This document shows, in pieces, positions 38,961-53,306 of a stretch of DNA of 64,000 nt. Origin of the DNA: Octopus sinensis (lineage: Eukaryota); assembly GCF_006345805.1 (NCBI RefSeq), contig NC_043010.1, positions 64,976,001 through 65,040,000 of the forward strand, in the 5' to 3' direction. The position numbers and the translations under genes are program-made. The notes below the pieces were generated by a model. That model was not told the origin of the DNA and did no database searches. It was given only the letters and a program-made list of their open reading frames with translations. Positions within the stretch are counted from its first letter, which is position 1; every line of letters begins with the position of its first letter.

Positions 38961-39814
38961 TCTAAGTTCTAAGTTCATATAGACTCACTTAAAGTGTTAT
39001 GTGTGTGTGTTGTCTGTGTGTATGTGCGTGTGTGTGCGAATGTGTGTGCGTGCGAGTATGTGTGTGTGTCTGTATGTATTATGTGTGTGTGTGTGTGCGT
39101 GTGTGCGTGTGTGTGTGTGTGTATTAATCAAAATACCACATTCATTGAAATTTTACTTGACTTCACATTCTCGCTTTAAATATTAGAAAACCACAATTGT
39201 ATTTTATCCTTACATTTAAATTTCTTTGTTTTCCATTCTCGTTCATTAGCTTAATTTCCTATTTTTCACTCAATGCTTTCTGCATTGTCTTTTATCTGTT
39301 AGGTAATAATTGCGATACTTACCACCAAAGATTTGCACGACATTCACTTTTTCCCATTTCTTACCCGTAATGTTTTCTCAACATACTAGACATAGCAGTT
39401 GAACTCCTATCAAATGAATTTTCTTCGTAGATCGAAAACATTTAATTTCCCTCGGCCCTTATCATAACGACTTAAACTTATTGTTGATAGAATACTTCTG
39501 TATACATAATGTTATTTTTCATATGATACATATTTTAAAATAAAATTGTCTTTCTCTTTATAAAGTAACATAATCCATATCTTTTTAAGCATTCAGTCAC
39601 TTGCTCATAACCATCGGAAATCAAATTAAATTATCATCAATATAAAATATTCCGAGTTTCCGATTAGCTTTTAACAATAGAAATTAAAAGTATTCAGTAA
39701 CTTGTGAATTCGAATATTGGGTTAACAGAAGTATTTGTAGGTAAAAATCACAAAATGTTACAAATATGGGCTCATGATACGAGAACATTTTTTGATGTCC
39801 TTCGTTATTCATAG

Positions 39815-40118
39815 CGATGTCATTGTTTGTTTCTTCTCGAGACATACATGTCTCCTAAGGGCTGGTTTCCAAGTTTCATTGGCGTATAGTTTCCCCACCT
39901 GGACGGGACGCCTGTCCGTCGCAGGTGAGTGCTTGATGGAGGGGGAAAGGGTGAGAAAAAGTTGTGGCGAAAGGGTCAACAGAAGTTCGCCATTGCCGGA
40001 GCCACACAGAACTTATGTATTTTGTTAATAAACACACACATCGCTCGGCCTGAGGTTTGAACCCACGATCCTTCGACCGAGAGTCTGCTGCTCTAGCCAC
40101 TAGGCTATTTTCCTCCAC
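39815..40118 (-). mobile_element. tRNA-derived SINE, family C
   Basis: Minus head tagcctagtggctagagcagcagactc...ggttcaaacc. Second copy at 25063-25358. Confidence 0.75.
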
Positions 40119-40699
40119 ATAACCATGTTTTCCAGAAATGAAGAAGCAAATATGTAATGGATCAGATGTCGTCTAAAACTAATCACAGCTGAAAAATAAC
40201 TAAATATTCAGGTTAACAATAGGTACTATATAGCAGTGTCAGAGGTGAATCTCGTTGGGTTAAATATGCTGATTTATATCCTTCTGTCCAATATCTTATA
40301 TACTCGAACTGCAGTACGTTTACTTCAACGCCGATGGTGATGTTGAATACATTCAAAGAATGAAAACAGGTCTACTGATTCACTGAGATTCACAGAGTTC
40401 ACCAAATAGTTCAACAGTGCATAATATAAATTTAACTTAAATATAGTACATACACATAATCAATATACACGATAAAGTAAACATGTTACTGTACAATAAA
40501 ATAAATATCAATACACGTTGTCGTCAACAAAGCATGATCGCGCTATGAGCAATTGTAGCCTTCTTAGAGTTTTTTAAATAAATATTTGTCAACATTTTCA
40601 GTTCGTACACATCCTATAAAGACGCAATTCATTTTGTTTACCATGTGGCAAATGTAGTGAAAGTATGTTTGAAGAAATAGTGAGAGAGAATAAACCTAC

Positions 40700-40785
40700 C
40701 TGTATCATCAGGAATGGCTTGTGAATACATATTTTCTGATGTTTTGCGAATTCTCTTACCACGTTTTGCAATTTGCTTTTTTTTC
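40700..40785 (-). CDS. Juxtamembrane exon 1 (basic stop-transfer segment)
   Basis: tatatag|...G|gtaggt, 86 nt, phase 2-1, matching the TM exon; (R)KKKQIAKRGKRIRKTSENMYSQAIPDDT. Confidence 0.8.
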
Positions 40786-41667
40786 CTATATAAGTATAGA
40801 TTTATTTCATGAACTACTAATGTGTAAATATCAGTGTGACTGTCTGATTAAAACCAAATAGTTAAATATCATATAGTTATAAGTTACAAGTAGCATATAG
40901 TGTACTATTAATATTGATATATCTCACGTAAATCTATATTGATAGATTAAAATAATTAACAAGAGAACACCAAAGTCTTCATCTTCATACGGGAAATCAG
41001 CTGTGTGACACATTACTTCGAATTTAATACTCTTTTATTTATATCATGAATTTCACGACTGATATATCATTGCCAACAGAAAAAAAACTTATTTCTTCAT
41101 TTTTACAAGGATTAAATTTTCATCTATATGAAATACCGTTATCTTAAATATTATTAAATACATAGCGTGGCGCAACTATATTGTCATTGTTTTCATCCCT
41201 ATATTTTCTGAATTCATTCAGTTACCAATAGATATGAGCTTGATTTTCATTGCATCTAGGTTGATAAAATGAATGTTAAACAATTCTATTTTAGTTTTGG
41301 AGATGATTCCAACATGCTACACCTATGTCATGTCAGGTTATATCACGGTGCCAATGTAATGAACTACAATTATTAGTAAAAAGTTTCAAGATTGTAAGGC
41401 GGAGATCAGACAGAATCGTTATCACGCCGGGCAAAATGTTTTGCAGAATTTTGTCCATATTTACATTATAAGTTCAATTTCAACCGTGGTTATCTTTGCA
41501 TTTCATCCTCTCGGGGTAGATGAAATAAGTGCCAGTAATGCTGTCCTTGTACCAACATTCGAAACACGTATATATATCCTTAATGCTTCCGGTTTAACAT
41601 CTCACATGCGTTTTATATTTCTGGATAAAGACTCTTAGCTGCCGATGCTTAAGGATTTATCATAATA

Positions 41668-42860
41668 TCAGGCTGAGTAAAAAGTAAGCAACATTTTGAA
41701 ACATGAAATTCCTCACTATACATTTCAACAATGCGGAAGTACCATTACAATCAACACATTTTTGCCAATGAGTCACACGTTTGTTTATTCCAGTAACATA
41801 AAAATCTGGAGTTCAGGATCTAATGAAATATTTCAGCATCGTTTTGATTTTTGAATGCCTTCTCTCGCAGGAAACCATCAAGGTGTTTGAAAAAGTCATA
41901 GTCAGTAGGACAAAAATCTGGGGAATAAGCTGGGTGTGGAAGAATTTTGTAGCCAAGTTCCCTCAATTTCTGAAGTGTCATTAGTGAAACGTACGGTCGA
42001 GCATTGTTATGAAGAATGATCAGCCCTTTTTTGTTGCCCCGTCTGAGACAGAAGAGTAGCAGTTTTCCGTTCATTTTGGTAATTTCATGGCAAGTTGTTT
42101 CTACAGTAATGGTTTTTCCGGGTTTGAAGAAGTTATATTGGATGAGTCCAGCAGTACACCACCAAACAGTCACCATGACCTGTTTGAAGAGATCGGGATT
42201 ATGGAAAGTTTCCGGTGCTTCATTTTGGTCCAACTACTGCGAAGAACATTTTCTTTTATTGCACAGAATCCACTCTACACCGCAAGTTAGAAAACGGTCG
42301 AGAAACAGATCGGTCACGTTAGGTAGGAGAGGTGACGAGCAAATTTCCTATCTGAGCATCTTCTGATTTTCATTCAAATTGTGTGCTACCCATTTGTTGA
42401 GCCTTTTTGATGCTTTGATCGCACTTGCAGGCAGTTTTCTGGCTAGCCTGAAGTTCTTTTCCCAGTTTTCGAGTGGTTTTACGTGGATCTTACTCAATAA
42501 CGATCTTTAATTGACCGTCATCGATAACAGATGAGCGTCCACAACGTTCGCGATCTGCAAGGCCATTTTGGAGCAGACCAATCACAGGTCATTTCTTAAC
42601 CAAATGTTTCGTTGATATTGCGAGCTGTTTTAGCTGCTTTACGCCCTTTTTTGTAGTTGAAAAGCAAAATTTCTCGAATATCGCGCTTTGACAGTTCCAT
42701 TTCAGATGATTGTAACAACAGTGAAAAAATATCAATATTAATTTATTGATGCATTTGGGCAATTCTATTATCAAACAATTGGTAAAAAAATAAAACTCTT
42801 CAAACATCCGGCACAAATTCTTCATGGTTCAAAACGTTGATTACTTTTTACTCAACCTGA
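41668..42860 (-). mobile_element. Near full-length degenerate mariner
   Basis: Imperfect TIRs tcaggctgagtaaaaagtaagcaac / gttgattactttttactcaacctga with TA; ILHNNARPY and PHPAYSPDFCPTDYDFF. Confidence 0.92.
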
Positions 42861-43344
42861 TATAACTTATGTTTTCGTAAAGCTATCTCATGAAATTTAT
42901 CGTTATTGCGAGAATAATTGTAACAACGATTCATAAAGTATCTGTGAACCATGTGACTTATATATTAAAAAAGGATTTGTAGCGAGAGAAAATATTACCA
43001 ATGGAAATAACTGAGAGCAGTATATTATATGCTTAGTTACGATATTTGACAAGGTACCATATTTTTGATGGAGAAGAGAAATTGGTCGATAAAACTCTTA
43101 TAAAGAGAAGAGGCAAATTATCTCAACCAACATTTTCAGTTATTTATTTCATTGAATGGAATGCTTTACTCCACGAAATACTTTAAACACTATTGCAAAC
43201 TATACCGAAAAATATCTTCTTGACTGTTGAAATATTTTTCAGATACACTGTCTAAATAAACGTAATATCGATTAGACTACATCGACATTATTCAGCGCCT
43301 ATTAAACTGTTCGACAAATATTTGTCATCAATCATATATCAAGG

Positions 43345-45240
43345 TGTACCAAGAATAATTTTTTAATGCTGACTTCAAATATACAATTTGTTTTTTGACA
43401 TCACGTATAGTTTGTAAGATGAGAAAGTCATTTGGTTTTAGCTCACGCATCATAGAGAAATTTCAATTAAAATTAGTGACGTGTATACATCATGGAAATA
43501 CGTTAAAATAAAATACATTATTCATTGTTACATAGTTCAGATGTAATATTTCATCATCTTAAATTAACCATAAAGTTTTGTTTGATAAATAGGTATTTCA
43601 ACATCTCAATTGTCCAGTTATAGTTCTCTGATAAATATCTTCAAATTCATATAACATAATGTTTTATCTATTTCCCGACTTCTTTTCTGTGTTAACAATG
43701 TCAAGACAGTGCAGAATTGTCGTGATGTATTTTGTCATGCCTGTGGACAATTTATTGCCAACGCTCAAAAACGTACAATAACACCAGAGATCAAGAAGAT
43801 TTATAAGCTATACTTTGACTGTCCCTTTGGAGATCAGGACAAATTATGGGCACCACATTTTATCTGCTCAGCTTGCTCAAATGGCTTATGTGACTGGTCT
43901 AAAAAGAAGAAGAATTCTATGCCTTTTGCCATTCTAATGATAAGGAGGGAGCCGAAAGACTATTTTAATGAATGTTGTTCTTGCAAAGTAAATGTCACAG
44001 GATATTCTATGCGGAATAAAGACAAAATTGTGTATCCCACTTTGGATTCTGCAATGAGACCTATGCCTCATAATGGAAGTCTGCCAATTCCAGTTCCACC
44101 AGATGATGGTATTGAAACATCATATGATGATGCTGACTGTCACGATAGTGCTGCTGAGGGTGATTACGAGGCTGATAACGATAGCTTTGAACCTGAGGAA
44201 AGTTTCCCCAGCTGAACTGAATGACCTTGTTTGAGACCTATCCCTCTCAAAAGATAAAACAGAACTGTTGCATGAAGACTGAAGGAGAAGTATCTGATAG
44301 AACACGGTTATCGAATAACTTATTTGCAGCAGAGAAATGTGGTTCTACAAACGTGATTTTCTATTGAGGACTCCCTTTACTTTTGCAGTAACATCGATTG
44401 GCTTTTCGAACGTATATGACAAAGCCATGATCCTGCAGAGTGGCATTTATTTATTGACTCTTCAAAATAAAGTTTAAAAGCTGTACTTCTCCATAATGGT
44501 AATTTGAAGCACTCCATTCCTATTGCACACTCCACTCCTTTCATCTTCATGAATTATATGAGAATATGGAACTTTTACTTCATGCCGTTGCCTATGAAAG
44601 GTATTCATGGAAAATATGGAGATTTGAAAATCATTGGAATGTCAATTGGAAGGCAGTCAGGTTTCACAAAATACTGTTGCTTCTTGTGTCTATGGGATAC
44701 TCGGGCAACTGACAGATATTATTAGGAATCAAACTGGCAAACAAGAACATCAGGACTGTTCAGCATCATGAATACAACTCTTGTAGATCCATGTAATGTC
44801 CTAGTGCCCCCTTTGCATATAAAACTTAGACTGATGAAACTGTTTGTAATGACACCAGGGAAGAAGAATGGCAGAGGGTTTGAGTATATTATAGAAAACG
44901 TACCGAAAATCACTCAGGCGAAGTTGAAAGAGAGTATCTTTGTCGAGCCCCAAATTAGAGAAGTACTCAAAGATATCAACTTCAAGACGACACTGAATGA
45001 ACTGGAATTGCCTGCCTGAAATGTTTTCAATAGTATGTGTAACAATTTCTTAGGCAACAAAGGATGCAAAGGACCACAAGGATGGCCTGAAGAGTCTTCT
45101 GAAATGTTACTCAGTAATGGGTTGTCGTATGCCACCGAAAGTTCACTTCTTGATCTCCCACCTAGATTTCTCCGCAGATAACCTTTGAGTAGTCTCTGAT
45201 GAAAATAGTGGTGAGCAATTCATATATATCTCAATAACCA
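43345..45240 (+). mobile_element. Chapaev3-like (CMC) DNA transposon, degenerate
   Basis: FCHACG...YFDCPFGDQDKLWAPHFICSAC...REPKD...C.C...SAMRP.PH, CCFLCLWD.RA and LVPPLHIKL.LMK.FV. The family name is from my recollection of these motifs. Confidence 0.7.
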
Positions 45241-45343
45241 AATACCTCAGAGAGTAAGGACACTAACCCAAAATTTAGTGCTCGTTCAACCATATTACAT
45301 GTAAAGGTAAAACAATGCAAGAAACAGATAAATATTCACATAC

Positions 45344-45437
45344 CGACACCAAATTGCAGCTGCCATTCCCATGGCTAGAATGACAAACAGAAGCAATGGA
45401 ACTAATACAGACACTAGGATATTCTTGCTTGTTTTCT
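45344..45437 (-). CDS. Transmembrane exon
   Basis: cattccag|...CG|gtatgt, 94 nt, phase 1-2, EKTSKNILVSVLVPLLLFVILAMGMAAAIWCR with a hydrophobic run of about 23 aa. Confidence 0.88.
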
Positions 45438-47053
45438 CTGGAATGTTAAAGAAAAGGTATTGCTTATATACACATATTTACACATATGTGCATCAACATA
45501 TATGTACAAACACAAAAATGCATGCATATATATATATATATACATATATACAAACACACACACACAGACATACATACATACAGTCACCTGAGTATTATAC
45601 TTGATGTACTGGAGCTCTCTCGGTTACAACAGCGAGGGTTCCAACTGATTCGATCAACTTAACATCCTGCTCGCGAAATTAACGTGCAAGTGGCTGAGCA
45701 CTCCGCGGAGACGTGTATACTTAACGCAGTTTTCGGTGAGATTCAGCGTGACATAGAATGGGACAGGGGCAGCCCTTTGTATTATAAGTACTACTCATTT
45801 TTGCCTGATATAGAAACTGGACCAACATGAAATGAAGTGTTCTATGAAGGGCTTGTGAAAGTGTATACACACATCCACTTCTACCTTGTTTTTTTCCTCT
45901 TAACTCAGTATGGCTTATCGATCACCACTAACATTAATGAGATTTGTACATTCAAACAAATTAATATACAGTTTTAATTTTAATGACTGCTATGACCATT
46001 TCAACTTGTACCTGTTCTCCTAATTCATAATGCTAAATTTATCTGTTTTGAAGATTTAAATTTGTCAATATTAAAACATTTTAATTTGTCAACATTGAAA
46101 CTTTTAAAGATATATTCTAATTCATAATATTAAACTTTTACCACTGATAAACAAAAATATTTTTGAAACTAGTTTGGTATATATGGAAATAAATGTATTT
46201 TAAACAATTACGGTTTTTCTAATTTAGGTGCATTTTCAACAACAAATTTGCCTAATATGTATACACACACATATTCTTTTTGTTTATATGTAGTGAAGTA
46301 GATATGCGAGCTAGCATGGTCTCTCCACAACCCCCTCCTACACCGACATGTTAAAAATACATTTCTATCAATAAACATTCCAAAACTAAACTTATATTTT
46401 TTCCTCTCTTTTATAATCACTCTTTTACAAAAAAACATGTATCTTACACCGCATTAACACCATCACTTCCAGACACACACCTAAAGTCATCTTTAACATA
46501 GAAAATTACTGAAGTCTCTCTTTACAAAGAATTTCAAAAACATTGACCACTATCATTTTTAACAAATGTCAGCTATTCAAATGGCATTAACGGGAGGCCT
46601 TAATAAAACACTCTTTAAACACCCCATCACCTTCCAACTCCACCACCAATCATCTTGTTTTTACCATTCACCAATGTCTTTGAGCTCTGGTTCATCAACA
46701 TTCCTTACACCCACTCTTATTAAAAAACCCCAAACCCACCCCATACATACCCAAATTTCTTATATACAGAATTGCACAACACAACCTAAGATCAGTTTGA
46801 CAAGCTCCACAGATAAATGCGAGAAAATTCTTCTGTAAAGTTAACAAGAAAGGCTTAAAAAAATCTTCCCACCAAAGTTAATAGAGAACTTACTAGATCT
46901 ATAAACCAAATTGTAAAATTATATTATTAGAATATTAAATTGATTAGAACTACCAGTAAAGTCATCCTATTTTCAAATATGCCTAACTGCACCGAGGATT
47001 GCACAAACACACACGCACACACGCACACACGCACACACACCACACATACACAC

Positions 47054-47088
<35 letters not shown>

Positions 47089-47092
47089 CATA

Positions 47093-47176
47093 CGAGGGGG
47101 TGTATGAAAAATCTAGAGCCTCAAAAACAAAACATAGTACAAGACTTTAAGGCTCAAAACGTTCATACACCCCTCA
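47093..47176. mobile_element. 84-bp mariner-type mini-MITE
   Basis: cgagggggtgtatgaa / ttcatacacccctca inverted ends with TA either side. Confidence 0.6.
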
Positions 47177-48059
47177 TATATATATATATAGTTATATAAT
47201 ATTCATCGACGAGGAAAGTAAAGTTTTTTATTTAACAATATTATTTAGCTTTTGAATTGTATTATGTTTGATCATTATTATTATTAATGTTGTTAAAATA
47301 CTAATTTTTATATATAATTTCTTGATAATTACTAGTTGCGATATGTATATCTATTTATTTATTATGTTTATTATAGTTTTTATAATGTGATTTAGCGTAC
47401 ATATAATTTAATTTGAGAAATAGTTTTGTAAAACAATATATTATTTAATAGTTAGGGGGTCTATTTATAACGAAGTATTGCATTTAAGTAAATACGTTTA
47501 ATATTAAAAGAGAATGGAGATGTGCTGGGACACCGACATGCAGTATTTTGAGTTTTGCCTTCTCTACTGTTTATGGACGGAGCTGATGCTCTTTGTGCCT
47601 CTTGTCACGATGTGGGTCCAACTGAAATTTTTGATACTAAATTTATCTAAGTGCGTTTTGAAGATTCCCACATCCACACTTTACTAATCTTTTAGGTTAC
47701 TTCACAAGATATTAAATAGTTATTGTTCCTTGACGTCCAATCCTGGGTCATTATATGGAATGAAGAAGATGGTATGTTTGGTATCAGACAATATTGCCCA
47801 GTTCGGTTGCTTCTATAGCTTTTAATTCAAACGTTAGTAGCTATACCTTCCAGAATCTTCTATATTATATCATTGCATACATTTTCGCTTTCTCTCGAGA
47901 GGGGAGAGCGTCGGTTCTTTTATCCTCTCACAGTAGCACATCTGTTTTACCGAGTCAATATTCTTTACATCGACCACAGTTGGGAGTAGTAATCCACTGT
48001 TGGGAGTAGTAATCCAAATGAGTGCTGCAAGCTATGCATATTTCTGGTTCTGAATGATC

Positions 48060-49480
48060 TAAGGATCTATCCAACTACTCGCCTGGGCAACTTTGTTATC
48101 TTGGTAATATGCACATGGAATGTTGCATCATTATTAATTTGGATTCCTAGATAATGCACCGATTCTAACTCCGGAATTGCACTATCGCCTGGTCCTATGT
48201 ATTCCGATTGTAGTCTCTTTATGGGCCAATAATGCTTGAAACTTATGAGCATTGAGCTGCATGTTATTTTTAGCAGCCCATTTTTATATTGCCTGCAAGT
48301 TGTTTTGCAGCTTTTGCATGTTATCATGGCCCTGGACCACCTGAAATACTTTTGTATTATCGGCGTAACTGGTGTGAGCTGCTGACTGTACGACAATGGG
48401 GGGGAGGCATATCTGAGGGAGCCACTACAAACATTGGTGGTCCCAGCACAGTTCTTTGAGGAACTCCACTGCGAATTGATACCACCCCAGAGAAAGCATC
48501 ATTGACTACAACAACCTGACTTCTGTCTTTTAAAAAGTCGTACAGCCACTCTCCCAGTTTTCTAGTGATAACAAGATCAAGTAGTCTGTGATATATCATC
48601 CCATGATTAGCGTTGTCAAAGGCTTTAGGAAAGTTGGGATATATCACATCGGCTTTTGAGTGGTTTTCAGTACGCAATAATAATATTATAGTAGTTGTGT
48701 GAGGTATGTTTTTCAGCAAGTTATTCTCTTCCAAGGAGGTGATCAATCTCTTTCTGACAATGCGTTCCATGACCTTATGCGATGTAAGAGAGATAGGCCT
48801 GTGATTTTTAGCACTTGCTTTCCTTCCTTCATTATATTATAGCCTCTTTTAACAGTCTGGTAGGTTTTCCACATGCAAGGATACTCTGAGAAATTATCTG
48901 CTATGATTTGCGAAAGCTTTCTTACATATTTTCAGGAGAACATCCAGAAATCCATCAGGACCAGTTGCTGAGTTTGAGCTCATCTCAACAATAGCTGTAG
49001 TATTACATCTATCTCTATTGTATCGATGTAATCGATGGCTGGCTTTTCATATTGGTCTGTAAGCTGGCTTACTTTCCTGTTTCCCAGTGGAGAGGTGAAG
49101 ACATTGTGATATTGCTTATTTAGTACTTCACTTATCTTCTTGGAGTCTGCTGTTAGCAAGCCGACTTCTCTAAAAAATGGGCCTATCTTCTAGTGCACTG
49201 TGGCAGATTCTTTCGCTAACTTGTAGAAGGCTTTAGAATTTATTTTTATATTTTCTTCCGCAATGTTTTCTCATCCTATCCTTTCATTTTCATGGGTGAC
49301 TCTGGGTTTATTTTCGATTTCTAATAGTCTCTCTTTGAGGAGGCATTTTTCGCTGTCATTAAGATTTATTTTATATCTCATAAGAACTTTCCTGTCTCGC
49401 GAATGATGCTTATGTATGTGGTCGCTCTCTTCTCTGGGACAAATTGAGTGCAAATGATTCACATTACTGACATAAATTCT
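48060..49480 (-). mobile_element. CR1/L2-like LINE RT fragment
   Basis: MERIVRKRL..LEENNLL, DVIYPNFPKAFD, DFLKDRSQVVVVN, SGVPQRTVLGP and LGIQINND. Confidence 0.85.
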
Positions 49481-51282
49481 TTAAGTTTCATATCAGTGCC
49501 TTGTATAGAGTGACATTTAGGTCGGTTTTGCTGGATAACCCATTTTTCAATTGACTTCCAGTCAGACATTTTAAAGTTCAGATTAAATAGAGTTTGGGTA
49601 CTGTTTGTGTGAAATACAATATTAGATGTCAGTTCTAGTGAACCGGGAACCATGTGATTCAGAAGTGTGCTTCTTACCACACAGCCACTGCTGCGTTCAT
49701 ATATGCGTGTGCGTGTGTGTGTGTATCTGTTTGGGTACCTGTGTTGCTCGCCTACCATCGTTCTTGAACTAAACCTGTCTCTTTTTCTGTCTGCCTCTCT
49801 CTCTCTCTGTCACACACATATGTATATATATATAATATAGATATATATATATATATTATATATATTATATATATATATATATATATAATATAGTCAATTG
49901 ATTGAATATACAATTGAAATAGCAAGTAAAAAACGAAAAAAGGAAAGAAATTAGAAAGAAATCGAACGTGAAGTCTGGCACAAAAACATTAGTTTGACGT
50001 TCAGTGTAAGGGGAGAGTTTAACCTTTCGAGTATAGCTCTTCGTCGGAAAGGTGAATGGGAGAGTCCAGAAGCTTAAGAAAAAGTCGCCAATGTCATAGA
50101 GTTACATTTCTGAAGTCACTTCTGAAGTACATCGATATACATGTATATATGTATATATGTTTACATGTATGTGTGTGTATATGTACACATATATACATGC
50201 ATACACATATACATGTTCTTACACACAATCATATATATATATATAAACGCATACGCAGACACACACACACACATATACACGTAAATTCACCACAATATAA
50301 CTATTGACAGATGTATGTATACATATTCATTTACATATACATACGTAAATACATACAAACACCCATGTGTATATAAGCATGTCATAGACTCTCTCGTTGT
50401 TACATGACGTATGAGGGTTCGGCAAGAAATTGCCGAACAGCCAGACGGATGATTTGATTACAGTGATGAAATATGTTTGTAGGCATTACGTCAGTTCCTC
50501 CATCAAATCGACATTACCTGTGCAGGTGCAACTAGTGCCACATGTCAGATGAGGAAATGATTGCAGAGCAAAGTGAAATGAAGTGCTTTGCTCAAGAACA
50601 CAAACGCAACACACAAGCTGACAATCAAACAAGCGGTCTCCTCGCAATCGTGAGTATATATATATATATATATAATCAAGTAAAGGTAATAAACATCATT
50701 AAGGGATCATAAATCCAATGAAAGTACTGGTGAGTTATTCTTAATATATATATATATATATGTATTGAGCTTTCTCGGTTGGACTACTGTCCGTGCAATA
50801 TCTATATTCCTTCCTGCCCTTGTTAAATCTTATGTCCCTGCCGTAAGGCTATATTTGCACACACGCCAGCTTAATTTAATTCGTCATTAGTCGAACGACA
50901 CCTTTTGTTATATCTTGTTTTATATTTGTGTAACATTTCTGTTTTTTTTTCATCCTTGTTTCGAATACATTCACTGCTTTCTTCCAAGGAATCTAATGCT
51001 CTTAGCTTAGTTTTCTTTGAAACTGGCCAGATTAGAGCAATCTCGAGTATAACCAGCCGAAATTGTAAAGATAATCTGGAACTCGACTGAGGATAGAAAA
51101 CTTCGAATGATCCGTCCTTGTTTTCCTTGTATCGTCTGTCTGGATATTTTGTTTTCGTTTTTTTTATATTTCAACTAAATGTCTGGATGTTTTGCGTTCT
51201 TGTCCCATTCTTGTATTTTATGTATGTATGTATGTATGTATGTATGTATGTATATATGTATGTATGTATTTATGTATGTATG

Positions 51283-51358
<76 letters not shown>

Positions 51359-51362
51359 GTAT

Positions 51363-51402
<40 letters not shown>

Positions 51403-51728
51403 GTATATATACATAATGAAATTAATGAAGATCAGGAGAACAGAGATTTTCACATCTAAATCTTATTGTACAATTATTTTCATCGTTCTTTCCCTGCAGA
51501 ATCTGTGTAGTCCTAAAAAGGACATTCGGATTTATTAAGTGAGGATAATAACCGAGTCTAGTAAATTTTAACTAACTGGAGTTTCACCAACTTTTGCTAT
51601 GGCTAGCAGGCATTGAGAACCGATATAAGTGTTGACACGGTAACTGCCAGAATAAAATGTCACTCGTAAACATATCTGGAATATATATATATATATATAA
51701 TATATATATATATACATACATATATATA

Positions 51729-52108
51729 CACTACCGTCAGAAATTAATTAGCACCCTTGATTTGCTCTTCACTCAAGGTATGTGCTGTCACCTAGTGGCC
51801 ATATCTCGAACTATTGCTTTGTTGCGAGTTCACTGTTGCGCAGAACGATGACGTAACTTTGTTTGCAGAGCAGTTTGAGAGTCTACAGCCTTATGATGTT
51901 GACATAGCAGTGCAACAACAACTTGGAGTGCGGATGCAGACAAATCTTCCTTTGTTTAATAGATATAGGTAGCGCCTCGCAAGGACCGAAATCACACCAT
52001 ACTAAGTTTTCTCATCGCGTAAGATGTTTTGAACAGCTCATAGGTTAATTGATTTAACCTATTTAATGTAGAAATTTGAGAAGTGCTAATTAATTTCTAA
52101 CGCAAGTG
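51729..52108. mobile_element. Tc1-like MITE
   Basis: cactaccgtcagaaattaattagcac / gtgctaattaatttctaacgcaagtg TIRs flanked by TA. Confidence 0.75.
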
Positions 52109-52790
52109 TATATATGTATATATACAAACATGCATAAACGCATATATTCATATATATACATAACCACACATACATTTATATATAATTATGTGTATACACG
52201 TACATAGAATAGACACATATATGCATATACACCCGCATATACACATATATATATGTGTACACAGCTTCACATACTCACGTACGGGTTTATGTGTACGTAC
52301 CCGTTCCTGCCTGTTTCCGAGTTAATTTGAGAATAGCTACAAGTTCCAATGGGAGTTATTCCATGAAGCGTGTCTGATCAAACTAAGCAATTTGATGAAG
52401 CAATAAAATAGTGAACCAACGAGATACTTCTTATTACATCATCTAATTAGACGCTTCTGCACCGAAGGACGCACCACAACTAGTCAAATAGTTTCACACC
52501 CGAGTGGGATGGATGCAGAAATTGTTTTCCATCTTCCGTCTGTATGATTTGTTTTATATTCAACGTACACTGATAAATTCCTGAAGAAGATCCAGCGACA
52601 ATTGTATAATTACCGTAGATGACGTCAAGTAGCTATAGACATCGAACGTACTTTATCGGTATACTACTTGAAATATACCCAACAATTTTATACTAATATC
52701 TGCTTCCCTTGCTTTATGCATCTCGTAAAGAAATATATGTGGTGATGGAAACATATTTTTTACAAAATATAATATAGATTTAAATTATAC

Positions 52791-52925
52791 CTTCTTGACA
52801 ATCGAAGCCTAAATATCCATCAGAACATCCACCTTCACATGATCCATTTACTCTGTTGCAGCTTTCGTTGTCGATACAATGACATGTTCGTTTACAATTT
52901 CGCCCAAATCTACCAACTTCACATT
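52791..52925 (-). CDS. EGF-like exon B
   Basis: ttttcag|...G|gtataa, 135 nt, phase 1-1, ECEVGRFGRNCKRTCHCIDNESCNRVNGSCEGGCSDGYLGFDCQE. Confidence 0.92.
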
Positions 52926-53177
52926 CTGAAAATATTAATATAAGCAAATTGAATTATATATTATTAGCTACATATAATAAAGGCCATGATTGCAATAACA
53001 GATTTAACTGAAATATCAATGATGTTCCTTCTACAGTATGCCCGTGGCTAGGAAAGAAGATTTTTGCTGTGATTAACATAGTATCTTATGATACAGAAGA
53101 GGGTTAACTACGTTTACAAACACTAAATCAAATATAGAGAATTTTAAAATATTCGGAAAAAATTTATTGAAAATAAC

Positions 53178-53306
53178 CTTTTTGGCAGTTGAATCCGGTG
53201 TATCCATTATCGCATTCACCTGGGCACTCTCCATTTATGTGGTTACATGCTACGGAACAATGACAGGACTCATTGCAATTGTGACCAAAGCTACCATCGG
53301 GACATT
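53178..53306 (-). CDS. EGF-like exon A
   Basis: atttcag|...G|gttatt, 129 nt, phase 1-1, ECPDGSFGHNCNESCHCSVACNHINGECPGECDNGYTGFNCQK. Confidence 0.92.

Noticed and set aside
40200-40620. Protein-like frames on both strands (EYIRYWTEGYKSAYLTQ; ELFGELCESQ)
   Set aside because: No consistent splice sites or phase, stops nearby, and wrong position for a PTP or EGF exon.
40971-41000. 30-nt exon candidate (A)DFPYEDEDF
   Set aside because: Phase 1-1, but it lies between the phase-2 TM donor and the phase-2 acceptor at 40785. In phase 2 it opens with a stop, and the donor (gtgttc) is weak.
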